Part shown: piece after piece, positions 1 to 9,203 of the stretch | How the letters are laid out: each line of letters starts with the position of its first letter | Numbering within the stretch: the stretch's first letter is position 1 | From: Candidatus Altimarinota bacterium | GTDB lineage: Bacteria; Patescibacteriota; Gracilibacteria; JBDHUY01 | Assembly (NCBI GenBank): GCA_039809385.1 | Contig: JBDHUY010000017.1 | Location: forward strand, 1-37,330 | Length of the DNA stretch: 37,330 bases | Direction: 5' to 3' | Translations under genes and position numbers: made by a program | Notes under the pieces: model-generated | Told to the model about the DNA's origin: nothing | The model's input: the letters and a program-made list of their open reading frames with translations, nothing else | Databases searched by the model: none

Positions 1-12
1 CCGTCCGCACCA
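1..12 (+). tRNA. 3' end (acceptor strand + CCA) of a tRNA truncated by the window edge, probably tRNA-Leu
   Basis: CCGTCCGC-A-CCA has the form acceptor strand + discriminator + CCA; the same CCGTCCGC recurs at 160-167 in a Leu-like tRNA copy. Confidence 0.5.
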
Positions 13-85
13 GTAAAAAAGAAGGATCGGTAGTTGAAGCTTGGCGCTGGGGGCGACATGTGTTTTTTCTGTTTCAAAAAAACAT

Positions 86-168
86 GATGACACGGCGGAA
101 TTGGTATACGCGTCCCGACCGAAGCGTCGGGGTGCCGCAAGGCGTGAGGGTTCTTCCTGCCGTCCGCG
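86..168 (+). pseudogene. degenerate tRNA-Leu-like sequence
   Basis: Leu-type D-arm GGCGGAATTGGTATACGCG, long variable arm GCC-GCAA-GGC, T-arm start GAGGGTTC; the anticodon arm is replaced by CCCGAC-CGAAGC-GTCGGG, the T loop and acceptor are broken, and there is no CCA. Confidence 0.6.
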
Positions 169-274
169 CTATCTTTTTATAGACAAATGTTAAAACTCTT
201 TAACGTTCATTTTTTTGCCGTATAATGAACTAAGAATACGTTTTCTTAATCGTAAAGAATGGAGGTGAATAGCT

Positions 275-697
275 ATGGATGACCAGGCACAGCAAAATAA
301 AGACTTAGTTCTGCGTATGATTCGCGCGGTACAGGAGGGGGGGAATTTGGATAAGCTCGATGATTTTTTTGCTCCTACGTTTGTTGATCACAGCACTTTT
401 TCCGGATTTACACCCGATCGGCAGGGCGTCCGAAATATTTTTCAGCACTTTCAAGATGCGCTGTCCGGATTGAAGGTCGAGGTCTTGTCTCAGGTTTCCG
501 AAGGCAGCCGGGTAATGACTCATAAAATTCTCTACGGTATGAATAATAGCCCGTTATTTGGTATTCCTGCCAGTAACAAAATGATTCGTATCAATGTGAT
601 GGATATGTTACAGGTTCAAAACGGTATGATCACCGATCACTGGAATGTCGTTGATCAGGTTTCTCTCATGAAGCAGCTAGGGGTTCTGCCAGCTTAG
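275..697 (+). CDS. SnoaL-like ester cyclase family protein (NTF2 fold)
   Basis: NK.LV..M, FAP.FVDH, SEG.RV, FGIPASNK, I.DHW..VD...LMKQLG pattern; GGAGG SD upstream. Confidence 0.85.
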   Translation: MDDQAQQNKDLVLRMIRAVQEGGNLDKLDDFFAPTFVDHSTFSGFTPDRQGVRNIFQHFQDALSGLKVEVLSQVSEGSRVMTHKILYGMNNSPLFGIPASNKMIRINVMDMLQVQNGMITDHWNVVDQVSLMKQLGVLPA

Positions 698-754
698 TAA
701 GAATGCGAAATTGTTTTCACAGTTCTGGATCATATTTTTTTAAATTTTGTATCA

Positions 755-1166
755 ATGAATACGGAACAAAACAAAGCTTTGGCTCGTGATCTGTTAAAGG
801 CGTATGACGAAGGTCGCATGGATGATATGATGGCTATGCATTCCCCTAATGCTATTACCCATATGTCGGGTCAAGATAATAGCAATGATGCCATGCGAGA
901 GGTTCTCGGCATGTTTCAGACTGCCATTCCCGATGGTAGTCATACGGATTGATGAGGTGCTGGCTGAAGGCGATATGGTGGCTGTTCGTGGCATATTCGG
1001 TGGCACGAACAGTGGCCCAATGATGGGCATCCCGCCGACTGGAAAAACATGTCGTGTTCCGTTTATAGCCATGGGAAAGGTTGTAGATGGAAAGTTTGTC
1101 GAGCGCTGGCTTAATTTCGACGAAATGTCAATGATGCGTCAATTGGGGCTCATGCCTGGCATGTAG
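755..1166 (+). pseudogene. second SnoaL-like ester cyclase, split by a single-base frameshift (real or sequencing error)
   Basis: ORF 755-952 gives the N-half and the 849-1166 frame gives AEGDMV...GIPPTGK...ERW.NFD...MMRQLG; removing one G at 946/947 restores ...SHTIDEVLAEG... Confidence 0.8.
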
Positions 1167-1523
1167 CTTCTCTTTTATTCACTTTTTAGGTTTTTTTAAA
1201 CAAATCCGGATAGAGTTCTATCACGACTTTATCCTTTTTTGTATGGTATGTCGCTGCCCGAATTTTCTGTCACGCTCGAACTGGTTCTCCGGTCTAAACA
1301 ACCGTTATCCGAGAAGATCGGTCCGGAGCAGGTATCTGTTCGACGTTGTTTGGAAGAAATCGTCCGTTACCACGATCAGCTTGACCGTTTTTCCGATTTG
1401 AACGCTTTTACTACTCTTCCGGACCATAGTGTCGAGACCTAGAGACGCTTTCCCTTGTCTTTTTTTTCCGACGTGTTACAAATAAGAGAGGTCACTTCAT
1501 CTTATCCTTTTTTTATTTTTTCT

Positions 1524-1928
1524 ATGTACCAGATCAACTATCTGGCAGTCGTAGTTGCCACGCTCATTTGCATGGTAATCGGGTCTCTGTGGTACTCTCC
1601 GCTTTTATTTGCGAACAGGTGGATGAAAGAGTTGGGTTTTGGGAAAAAGGACGAAGATCGCATGAAAAAAGAGGCTCCCAAAGCGATGCTGGGTATGCTG
1701 GTCGGAGCATTTCTGATGTCGTGGATTTTGGCGTATTCTGTATACGATGTGACCGATTTCGTTGCCGGGATGATCAGAGCTTTTTGGATGTGGTTGGGCT
1801 TCGTTGTGCCGGTTTATCTTTCGATGACGCTCTTTGAATCGCGCAAATGGACGCTCTTTTTTATCAGTACCGGATACTATTTGGTTTCGCTTTTGATTAT
1901 CGGCGGGGTGTTGGCGGTGTGGAAATAA
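1524..1928 (+). CDS. DUF1761 family membrane protein
   Basis: INYLAVVVA...GSLWYSPLLF...W, four hydrophobic helices, LFE.R.W.LF.I..GY; start moved to the ATG at 1524. Confidence 0.85.
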   Translation: MYQINYLAVVVATLICMVIGSLWYSPLLFANRWMKELGFGKKDEDRMKKEAPKAMLGMLVGAFLMSWILAYSVYDVTDFVAGMIRAFWMWLGFVVPVYLSMTLFESRKWTLFFISTGYYLVSLLIIGGVLAVWK

Positions 1929-1967
1929 AAGTTGATAAAGTTCATAAAGTCGAAAGTCCGTAAAGTC
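1927..1967 (+). repeat. degenerate 9-mer tandem repeat (AAAGTTGAT/AAAGTTCAT/AAAGTCCGT)
   Basis: seen directly; an inverted copy of the same units lies at 34651-34681. Confidence 0.75.
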
Positions 1968-2004
1968 CTTAACGTTTGTAAAGCGAAATTTCTTTTGTAT
2001 AGTG

Positions 2005-2033
2005 AGAGGCGATTCTCCATCGCCTCTTTTTTT
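2005..2033 (+). terminator. intrinsic terminator
   Basis: AGAGGCGAT-tctcc-ATCGCCTCT followed by a T run. Confidence 0.7.
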
Positions 2034-2038
2034 ATTTC

Positions 2039-2890
2039 ATGAATATCGGTATGACTGATTCTGCGAGAATACTGCTGGTGTTTGCTCTGTATAGCGAAGC
2101 AAAGCCGTTTATCGAAGCTCTCTCACTCAAGAGCCAGCCGGGAGCAAAGGGGCTTCAGGTTTTCTCCAATGTTGAGTATGTGGCGGTTATTACCGGAACC
2201 GGGAAAGTGTCTTCTGCTATCGGGACAACCTATGCTCTTGCGCGATTTTCATCTATCTTTACGGCCGTTAATATCGGTTTGTGCGGATCTTCTATCGAAC
2301 CGGTGGGAAATCTTTTCCTGATCGACAAGATTACCGATGAGGATACCGGACGTACGTTTTATCCCGATATATTGAGCAAAAGCGAATTGAAATCCGGTAT
2401 TTTACGTACCGTCAGCCAGCCCTTTATCGGAAGTTGTGAAGATCTAATCGATATGGAGAGTTCAGGTTTTTACGAAGCCGCCTCCAATTTTCTGGATACG
2501 CACCAGATTCAGTTGCTTAAAATAGTATCGGACAAGCTGGATTCTCAAGTGTTGGATAAAAAAAGTGTTCAAGGAGTAGTTTCCCAGAACCTTGAACCGG
2601 TTCTGACATATTTGCGGTCACATTTCGCATTCTGTCAGGACTTACAGACTTCGCACGCCTTTTCGTCTACGGATCTCGAAACGATACAAAACTTTTTGAG
2701 TGAACATTATTTTACGGTTACCGAAGAGCATCGTTTGTTCTCTGTCCTGGAAAATCTGACCGTACAAACCGGACAACCGATCCAGACGCTTCTTGCTCAG
2801 GTTTCGTTCAATCCTGACAAAACATATACGAAGAAACAGCGTGCCAAGGTTGTTTTGAATCAACTCGAATGTCTTTTACAACAACTTTAA
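2039..2890 (+). CDS. nucleoside phosphorylase / MTA-SAH nucleosidase-like protein (PNP_UDP_1 fold)
   Basis: AL..EA, TG.GKV.SA, NIG.CGS, DMESSGF, KIVSD motifs. Confidence 0.8.
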   Translation: MNIGMTDSARILLVFALYSEAKPFIEALSLKSQPGAKGLQVFSNVEYVAVITGTGKVSSAIGTTYALARFSSIFTAVNIGLCGSSIEPVGNLFLIDKITDEDTGRTFYPDILSKSELKSGILRTVSQPFIGSCEDLIDMESSGFYEAASNFLDTHQIQLLKIVSDKLDSQVLDKKSVQGVVSQNLEPVLTYLRSHFAFCQDLQTSHAFSSTDLETIQNFLSEHYFTVTEEHRLFSVLENLTVQTGQPIQTLLAQVSFNPDKTYTKKQRAKVVLNQLECLLQQL

Positions 2891-2900
2891 TCCCGTCCCT

Positions 2901-3191
2901 ATGGAGAAACAACTGACCGGTAAAAAATTTCAGCGTTTGTGGCGGGCTTTTCTGCTGCTTGAAAACGAAAAAGAATGTAAGGCTTTTTTGCGAGATCTGT
3001 GTACGCTGAAGGAATTAGAAGAAATGGCTAACCGGCTGGAAGCTCTGACGTTGATCGAACAAAATATTCCGTATCGCGAGATTTCTCAACGCACCGGACT
3101 TTCCACTGCGACGGTTACGCGGATCGCTCACTGGTGGCGAAACGGGGAAGGCGGATACCGGAGCTTTCTTGCCAAAACAAGACAAGCATAG
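2901..3191 (+). CDS. YerC/YecD family TrpR-related HTH protein
   Basis: FLRDLCT.KEL..M..R...YREIS..TG.STATVTR...G.GGY signature. Confidence 0.9.
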   Translation: MEKQLTGKKFQRLWRAFLLLENEKECKAFLRDLCTLKELEEMANRLEALTLIEQNIPYREISQRTGLSTATVTRIAHWWRNGEGGYRSFLAKTRQA

Positions 3192-3194
3192 TCT

Positions 3195-3755
3195 CTATGC
3201 GAGTGACTTGTTCATCTCTTCTACGAGTCGGATGATAGTCTTTACAGCTTCTTGAGGATCTTTTGCCGGAACCGCTTTTAGTCGATTGCGCGTATCGAAA
3301 AATTGACCGCTCATTTTCTGGGCCCATCCGCCCGAATCGGATAATACGACTATAGGTATATTGAGTTGATACGCAATCAGCATCTCGGTCATGGTTCCTG
3401 ATCCTCCCGAAATCGCAATGATGCCGTCGCAACTATTTACCAGCACAAATTCACGCCCTCCGCCTCGTTCTAAACCCGAAGCGATGATAATATCGGTATT
3501 GCCGTCTTTGTCCCAGATATCTTTGCCTTTGCCGTAAGTGATTCCCACGGTTATCCCGTTCGCTTTTTTGGCTCCCTTGGCGGCCGTTGTAGAAAGAGAA
3601 TCGCAGTCTTTTTCGGCTCCGTATATGAGGATATTCCCGCTTTGCGCAATCAAACATCCAGTCTCTTCCGCAACTTTTGCAAGTGCAGCCGAATAGGCGA
3701 GATCTGCCGCAGAGCCCATCACTCCAATCTGCCAGCGTCGTTGAGGTTGTTTCAT
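3195..3755 (-). CDS. LOG/SLOG-family (TIGR00725-like) nucleotide-binding protein
   Basis: IGVMGS, A.E.G..IA, GAK..NG.TVGI, GG.GT..E...AY, PIVVL..SGGWA; start set at MKQPQ. Confidence 0.85.
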   Translation of the reverse strand: MKQPQRRWQIGVMGSAADLAYSAALAKVAEETGCLIAQSGNILIYGAEKDCDSLSTTAAKGAKKANGITVGITYGKGKDIWDKDGNTDIIIASGLERGGGREFVLVNSCDGIIAISGGSGTMTEMLIAYQLNIPIVVLSDSGGWAQKMSGQFFDTRNRLKAVPAKDPQEAVKTIIRLVEEMNKSLA

Positions 3756-3790
3756 ACGAAATAATAATAATGAAAATAAAGTATTCCGAA

Positions 3791-4729
3791 TCATAATTGT
3801 TGCAGACTCTGGTCGATCAAGTCGATGACCCGGCAATTTTCTCCCTTCCAGCCTATAACCTTTCTTTCCAAATCGCGATAATAGATGGAGCGATTTGAGA
3901 CATCTTCAATTTCTTGATACAAATTACGAGTCTGGTTAAGGCAAAACTCGGAAAAAGCTTTACTCCAGTCGCTAGGGATTGAAGCCCATTCCTCCGGCTT
4001 TCCGAAGGGAAGAATATACGGCACGCCGGTGTTTCCTTCGTTAAAGATCGATCTGCCGGACTGCGGAAGTCCCGGATAAAAGTCTCGTTCGCATACTTCG
4101 TCGATTACAGTTTTATATTCTCTAACACTTAGGACTTGTCGGGGAAGAGCGTCTTTCGGATTACTCATGATATTTTCGACCCCGGTTTCTATCCCGATCC
4201 CAGTACAAACAGCGTATACGTTAACCTGAATCATTTTCAAGAGCGAACAGAGTCGTTTTATCAATTCTCCGCTAAATACTACATCGTCTACGAGTAAAAC
4301 TTCGCGCCCTGAAAACTCTTTGAGTTGTCGTATTTGTCGTAGAAGATTGCTTTCTTCAAAGCGTCTGCCCAGTCCGCGCGCGGTAAGTTCGGTTCCGGTA
4401 ATACAGCGAGTGATATCCACATACACATCTGCATTCGGCGTATAAACCCGGTCGAGCGAAATGACCGGAAGACCGTTCAATTTATTGCGAATGGCGCTAA
4501 TTCCTGTTTTTATTTCTTCTTCCTCAATAAGTTCGAAACCCGGAAATATTTGCGTCATGAATCGTTTGAACGCATTTTGTAATTCTTCAAAAAATATTTT
4601 CGGCGGAAGTTTAAATCTGGATTTTGCCGCCCAGTCCGATAACAAAGAATAGGTATCTCCCGAAACCACATAAGGCAGGGGGGAAGTGGGTAAAGGAGCT
4701 GGTTGAGGGATCATATTGTCGAGTTGCAT
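3791..4729 (-). CDS. type I phosphoribosyltransferase-fold protein, function unknown
   Basis: PRPP-binding loop VLLVDDVVFSG; the remainder is not recognised. Confidence 0.6.
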   Translation of the reverse strand: MQLDNMIPQPAPLPTSPLPYVVSGDTYSLLSDWAAKSRFKLPPKIFFEELQNAFKRFMTQIFPGFELIEEEEIKTGISAIRNKLNGLPVISLDRVYTPNADVYVDITRCITGTELTARGLGRRFEESNLLRQIRQLKEFSGREVLLVDDVVFSGELIKRLCSLLKMIQVNVYAVCTGIGIETGVENIMSNPKDALPRQVLSVREYKTVIDEVCERDFYPGLPQSGRSIFNEGNTGVPYILPFGKPEEWASIPSDWSKAFSEFCLNQTRNLYQEIEDVSNRSIYYRDLERKVIGWKGENCRVIDLIDQSLQQL

Positions 4730-4758
4730 ATTTTTTCGATGAAAAGAAAATAGAATTT

Positions 4759-4796
4759 AAAAAAAAGCCATCCTGCGTTCTGTTCTGCGGGTGGCT
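4759..4796 (-). terminator. terminator-like hairpin upstream of the PRTase-like gene
   Basis: minus strand AGCCACCCGC...GCAGGATGGCT followed by a T run (imperfect stem). Confidence 0.5.
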
Positions 4797-4918
4797 CATG
4801 ATTTTTCCGGCGATCTCAAATGTCACGGTCGATGAACCACCTTTTCTGAACGCACGAAATGATGATGTGTTCTGAACAAAGCGCTATATATAAAAATAAC
4901 ATGTTTTAATATGGTAAA

Positions 4919-4947
4919 ACAATATTACAGATTTTTATAAAAGTCAA
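4919..4947 (-). promoter_or_regulatory. candidate sigma70 promoter
   Basis: TTGACT-N17-TATTGT on the minus strand. Confidence 0.45.
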
Positions 4948-4964
4948 AACTTATTGAAAACCGA

Positions 4965-7796
4965 TCATTGTCGCAGTTCCTCTAAAAGTCGAATAATATT
5001 GCCTTTTTCTTGGAAGGTCAGTTTCTCGCTCTTCGATACGTCATCCTGCATGGTCTTTACTTCCTGATCGATCCGCGTCCTTCTCTCTTCTGGACTCAGG
5101 GCGGAATCTACTTGTTCTACGCGCCATAGCGCTTTGTTTATGCTGATCTTGATTTGCGGCTCTACAGTATTTATAGCTGCCTTGATTGCGCTGATGCGCT
5201 CAATAGAGGTCGCGTTTGAAGCATTTGACTCTAGTACATTTATCGTTATGGGACGAAGTTGCGGCATCTTTTTTTCTTCGTGCAGCCAGTTTTTTTCATT
5301 CTCCGGATTGAAGTCGTAGGGAATACAGCTTTCACCTTGTATAATAGTATACTCTGTTGCTGGGCAGTCTTTTTTCCCGGCAACCAGCTCGGACGATGAT
5401 ATTTCCGATTTCAAAAAAGAAGTATCGCTTCCTGATCCGTAGACCAAAGCACTCAATCCCGAGACATCTTCATTCGTAGCGGCGATTGCGAATTCATAAT
5501 TGTCTGCTTTGTGACCGTATAAATAGTACCAAGCCTTTCCTTCAGCTTTTCTAGGATCGGCCGGAGTTTTTCTGATATGCAGCTTATACCAATCGTCTTG
5601 TACGATAGCATCGTCTCCCGGCTTCTCCCAGGCTTTAAACAGACAACTGGCGTTATTCGGATCAGCGTCTCCCTTGGTCGATGTTATATTCGCACATGCG
5701 GGAGTCCTACCCTGGGCTGCCCAGAAGGCAGTGAGTGCGCTTATTATTTCCGATACAGCGCTGACACGTTCTCGATTCCGTCTTTCTTTTTTTTGTGGAG
5801 AATTTGGATCAAAATAATCGAACGTGGTGACCTTTTCCCAGGAGGTTTCATCATAGACACTGAGTTCGTCATTGGAAAGCAGGTAGAGTAGGTCGTTGAT
5901 AAAAACGGCTCGCCGAGCAGCTACATTTTCCAGTTTTCGTACCGGGACGAGGTTGTGGTTCGCATATGAAAAGACATAGCCGTTTTCGTATCCCGGTAGA
6001 AAAAACACTTTGTGTTTGGGATCGTGCAAAAACGCATGATGATTTGATAGTAATTCGCTACTAGATTCTCCCAGATCCGATTTTGCCAATTCGACCGGTT
6101 TTGCCGGATCGGCTACGTCGAAAAGAGACAGTTTTACTTTGCCGTTTTCTTGTCCTACTCCCAAGATCAGGTTCTCTTCGAGCGGGTGTAAATACGACGA
6201 GAATCCGGGAATTTTCAATTCTCCTTTTTTCAACGGATTTGCCGGTTCGGATAGGTCGAGTACGTAGAACGGATCGGTTTGCCGGAACGTTACTATATAG
6301 CCCCGATCGCCGATAAATCTGACTGCGTATATTCGTTCGGTCAGACCAAGATTTAACAGACTTCCGCTGATTTGAAGATCCTTGTCTAAAATGTAAACAT
6401 CGTTGGCGGATTCTCCCGACGAAATAGAATGCAGCATAATACCCTGTGGTTCGGCGGTTGTAGCGACTCTTAGGTGATCTTCAAACTCGTCCAGAGCGAA
6501 TTGATTGATTAACCGCCCCGGAACGGATCCCGATGCGGCGATTTTAAAGTCGTTGAGCCGTATTTTGAGTATGCCTGTCTTTGAAATCTCGCGCTTGTGT
6601 CGTTTCACGTAGCCTTCCAGCGCAGTTCGTAGCTCCTGAGTTTTCTTTTCTTGGTCGGCGCTTTTGAGATTCTCCAGGTTTTTTTGCAATATAAGACTCA
6701 ATTCGAACAGCTTCTCACCGCTGCTGATATCGTAACTTTTTAGCTTTTCGACGTGACGTATGACGCTTTCAGGAAAGAGCTGTTTTCCGTCTTCCTCTAA
6801 AAACTGAGAGAAAAGGGTCAGATCGTCGGGCTGGTTTTCATAGGTAATATACAGAGCTTGTTCCGACATAGAAACGACCGAGTGGTTTTCAGATCCCAAA
6901 AAATTGTTTTTTTGCTCAATATTTCCGGTTCTCGGATCCAATCTGAAAGAACTTAAGAGTATCGGCGAACTTGTTCCGTCTGTAGGATAACCGATTTCAT
7001 TACAAGCAATCTCGACCTCTTTGTCTTGTGCGCGTATCGGGGCGACCGGACAAGGTATCTCCTCCATCTTGCTTTGTACCACGAAATAAAGCTTACTGTT
7101 GTATAATCGCGCAGTTACTAGTTCGCTTGTTTCATACTTCCAGGTAATTTGCCAAGCCTTCATTGCATTTTCCGGGTGGCTAATGTCGTACCCAGTAATC
7201 GTTCCCTTCGTAAAAACAATCAAAATTCCGTCTTGCAAAAGCAGTAGTCCGTTTTCTTTAATCTCTCCAAGCTTCTTGATCGTTTCGGGCGGAAACGCGT
7301 TGGCAATCACGATTGCCCCCGTCTCTTTTTCTTCGCTCTTCAATGAGTACGAGTAGTCGTAGTATGTATCCTGATCTTGGGGGGCGACGACGATCTCTTT
7401 GCCATTCGTTTTCACGATGTCGGGCTCATCGATTCCGTTGATTTGTACGTTCGTACTCGAAAATCGGTTGACTTGTGGGATTGATCCTATCATATCCGGA
7501 TTTCTTGCCGATGGCGATATGTTAGCCCCGGTAGGCATATCGTCTGCCATTATGATAGCATCTGAAGTATTTCTCAGGTTTCCCAACATATATCCTCCCA
7601 TTGAGCTATAGCTGACAGAACTATTGCTATGCTGTGTCAGATAGTCTCGTAATTCTTCGGCAGATTGAAAGTGTTTTATCAAAGCTCCCTCACCTGGTTT
7701 AGCTTTTGAAAACGCAAAAAATATTCCTATGCTTATAACAAGGATGAAGACTGTACCGATGACTATCGACTTTTTGTGTTGTAACATATGGTGCAT
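4965..7796 (-). CDS. membrane-anchored beta-propeller domain protein (Beta_propel family) with C-terminal extension
   Basis: N-terminal TM helix; STNVQ..GIDEPDIVKT.G, NQFALDE....LRVATT, ERIYAVRF.GD.GY.VTFRQTDPFYV.DL, GELKIPGFS.YLHP motifs. Confidence 0.9.
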   Translation of the reverse strand: MHHMLQHKKSIVIGTVFILVISIGIFFAFSKAKPGEGALIKHFQSAEELRDYLTQHSNSSVSYSSMGGYMLGNLRNTSDAIIMADDMPTGANISPSARNPDMIGSIPQVNRFSSTNVQINGIDEPDIVKTNGKEIVVAPQDQDTYYDYSYSLKSEEKETGAIVIANAFPPETIKKLGEIKENGLLLLQDGILIVFTKGTITGYDISHPENAMKAWQITWKYETSELVTARLYNSKLYFVVQSKMEEIPCPVAPIRAQDKEVEIACNEIGYPTDGTSSPILLSSFRLDPRTGNIEQKNNFLGSENHSVVSMSEQALYITYENQPDDLTLFSQFLEEDGKQLFPESVIRHVEKLKSYDISSGEKLFELSLILQKNLENLKSADQEKKTQELRTALEGYVKRHKREISKTGILKIRLNDFKIAASGSVPGRLINQFALDEFEDHLRVATTAEPQGIMLHSISSGESANDVYILDKDLQISGSLLNLGLTERIYAVRFIGDRGYIVTFRQTDPFYVLDLSEPANPLKKGELKIPGFSSYLHPLEENLILGVGQENGKVKLSLFDVADPAKPVELAKSDLGESSSELLSNHHAFLHDPKHKVFFLPGYENGYVFSYANHNLVPVRKLENVAARRAVFINDLLYLLSNDELSVYDETSWEKVTTFDYFDPNSPQKKERRNRERVSAVSEIISALTAFWAAQGRTPACANITSTKGDADPNNASCLFKAWEKPGDDAIVQDDWYKLHIRKTPADPRKAEGKAWYYLYGHKADNYEFAIAATNEDVSGLSALVYGSGSDTSFLKSEISSSELVAGKKDCPATEYTIIQGESCIPYDFNPENEKNWLHEEKKMPQLRPITINVLESNASNATSIERISAIKAAINTVEPQIKISINKALWRVEQVDSALSPEERRTRIDQEVKTMQDDVSKSEKLTFQEKGNIIRLLEELRQ

Positions 7797-7987
7797 GGTC
7801 TCATACTACTTGAAAGTATAAATCTCGTTATTATACAACAAAATACTAATAACGACAAATAGAGGCTTGTTTTGATGGATACTATGATTTATGCTATGCC
7901 TGCTTCCTCCAAGGATGTGACCTGCCGTCGAACAAGTTTATCGTTCAGTCTCGCAAGCGTTTAACATCTCGGTTAAAATTTCTTGTT

Positions 7988-9091
7988 ATGGCTTCAGCAA
8001 TCTATATCGAAAAAGAGATCCTGCACCATCCGCGTACCGAACGCATCTTACAGAAGCTGCGGGCGAGTCGTATCATCGAAATCGACAAATATTCCGAAGT
8101 CTTTAACCGTAAAAATCAGAACTTTCGGGTACAAAAGGAGCAGGGTAAAACCTTTATTCTGGCACGCAAAAGAGATCACTTCGTGCTGCCTTCACCCAGT
8201 TACTGTACGGCAGATACCGATCTGAAATTCTATTTCTCGCACATGTACAATTGTCCGTATGATTGCGAGTATTGTTTTTTGCAGGGGATGTACCGCTCGG
8301 CGTTTTTTGTTTTGTTTGTCAATTATGAGGATTTTGCCATAGCGATCGAACAGAAGTTGCACGAGGTACAAAAAAAGAGTCATGACAAAGTAATGTTCTT
8401 TGCCAGTTACGATAACGATTCGCTAGCGCTGGAAGAGGTTACCGGGTTTGCCGAATACTTTATCCCGGTTTTCGAGCCACTCGAAGGCGTAACGTTTGAG
8501 CTGCGCAGTAAAGCGGCGCATACGCGTATTTTCGAACAGCTGCCGCCTGCTCGTAATACGCTCTCTGCCTGGACGTTATCGCCTGACGAAGTCCAAAAGC
8601 AATGGGAACATGGTACGGCTTCTCTGGCTATGCGGATCAAAGCTTTGAATAAGGCTCAGCGTCTGGGGTGGCGCACGGCCATCCGGATCGAGCCGCTGCT
8701 CTGGTTTCAGGAGTGGGAGGATGTCTATGCCAACTTTTTTGAAACATTAGAGCGAGAGATCGATTTTTCCCGTATTGAAAATCTGATCTTCGGCCAGTTC
8801 CGTTTGCCCAGAGATATTTTTAAGACGATGAAAAAAATGCTCCCGCGCAGCACGTTACTCACGAAATCTTTTGTGAGAGGAGGGGACGATGAGATCACCT
8901 ACGGCCCGGAAAAAGAACGCGCTTTGTTTGACTTTGTCTATAACCGCAGCATGACTGTTCTTCCGCCGGAAAAAATTTTCTATTATACGCCTAAAGGGCA
9001 GGGGGCTGACAGTCTGCAGCTAACAGCTGACAGTAAGGCAGGGATTAAGAGGGGAGAACAGAGCTGGGAGTCGGGAAGGGGAATGGCTTGA
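7988..9091 (+). CDS. spore photoproduct lyase-like radical SAM protein
   Basis: NCPYDCEYCFLQG CxxxCxxC motif, DSLALE, ELRSK, WTLSP...EHGTASL..RI; the last ~30 aa derive from repeat DNA. Confidence 0.85.
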   Translation: MASAIYIEKEILHHPRTERILQKLRASRIIEIDKYSEVFNRKNQNFRVQKEQGKTFILARKRDHFVLPSPSYCTADTDLKFYFSHMYNCPYDCEYCFLQGMYRSAFFVLFVNYEDFAIAIEQKLHEVQKKSHDKVMFFASYDNDSLALEEVTGFAEYFIPVFEPLEGVTFELRSKAAHTRIFEQLPPARNTLSAWTLSPDEVQKQWEHGTASLAMRIKALNKAQRLGWRTAIRIEPLLWFQEWEDVYANFFETLEREIDFSRIENLIFGQFRLPRDIFKTMKKMLPRSTLLTKSFVRGGDDEITYGPEKERALFDFVYNRSMTVLPPEKIFYYTPKGQGADSLQLTADSKAGIKRGEQSWESGRGMA

Positions 9092-9138
9092 ACGTTTCCT
9101 CTCAGATCATCAATCATCATTCATAAATTATAAATTTT
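9001..9138. repeat. heptamer-based degenerate repeat tract (GCTGACA/GCTAACA, GGGAGTC, then TCATAAA/TTATAAA)
   Basis: seen directly; the same units occur at 31665-31750, 34385-34476 and 37117-37330. Confidence 0.65.
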
Positions 9139-9203
9139 GATATCGGTCTCTCCATGATACTTCATACATTATACGCAATACTTTATACTCTATTCCCTCC
9201 CGT

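Noticed and set aside
1239-1442. 67-aa ORF
   Set aside because: No recognisable motif or convincing start signal, so it cannot be supported
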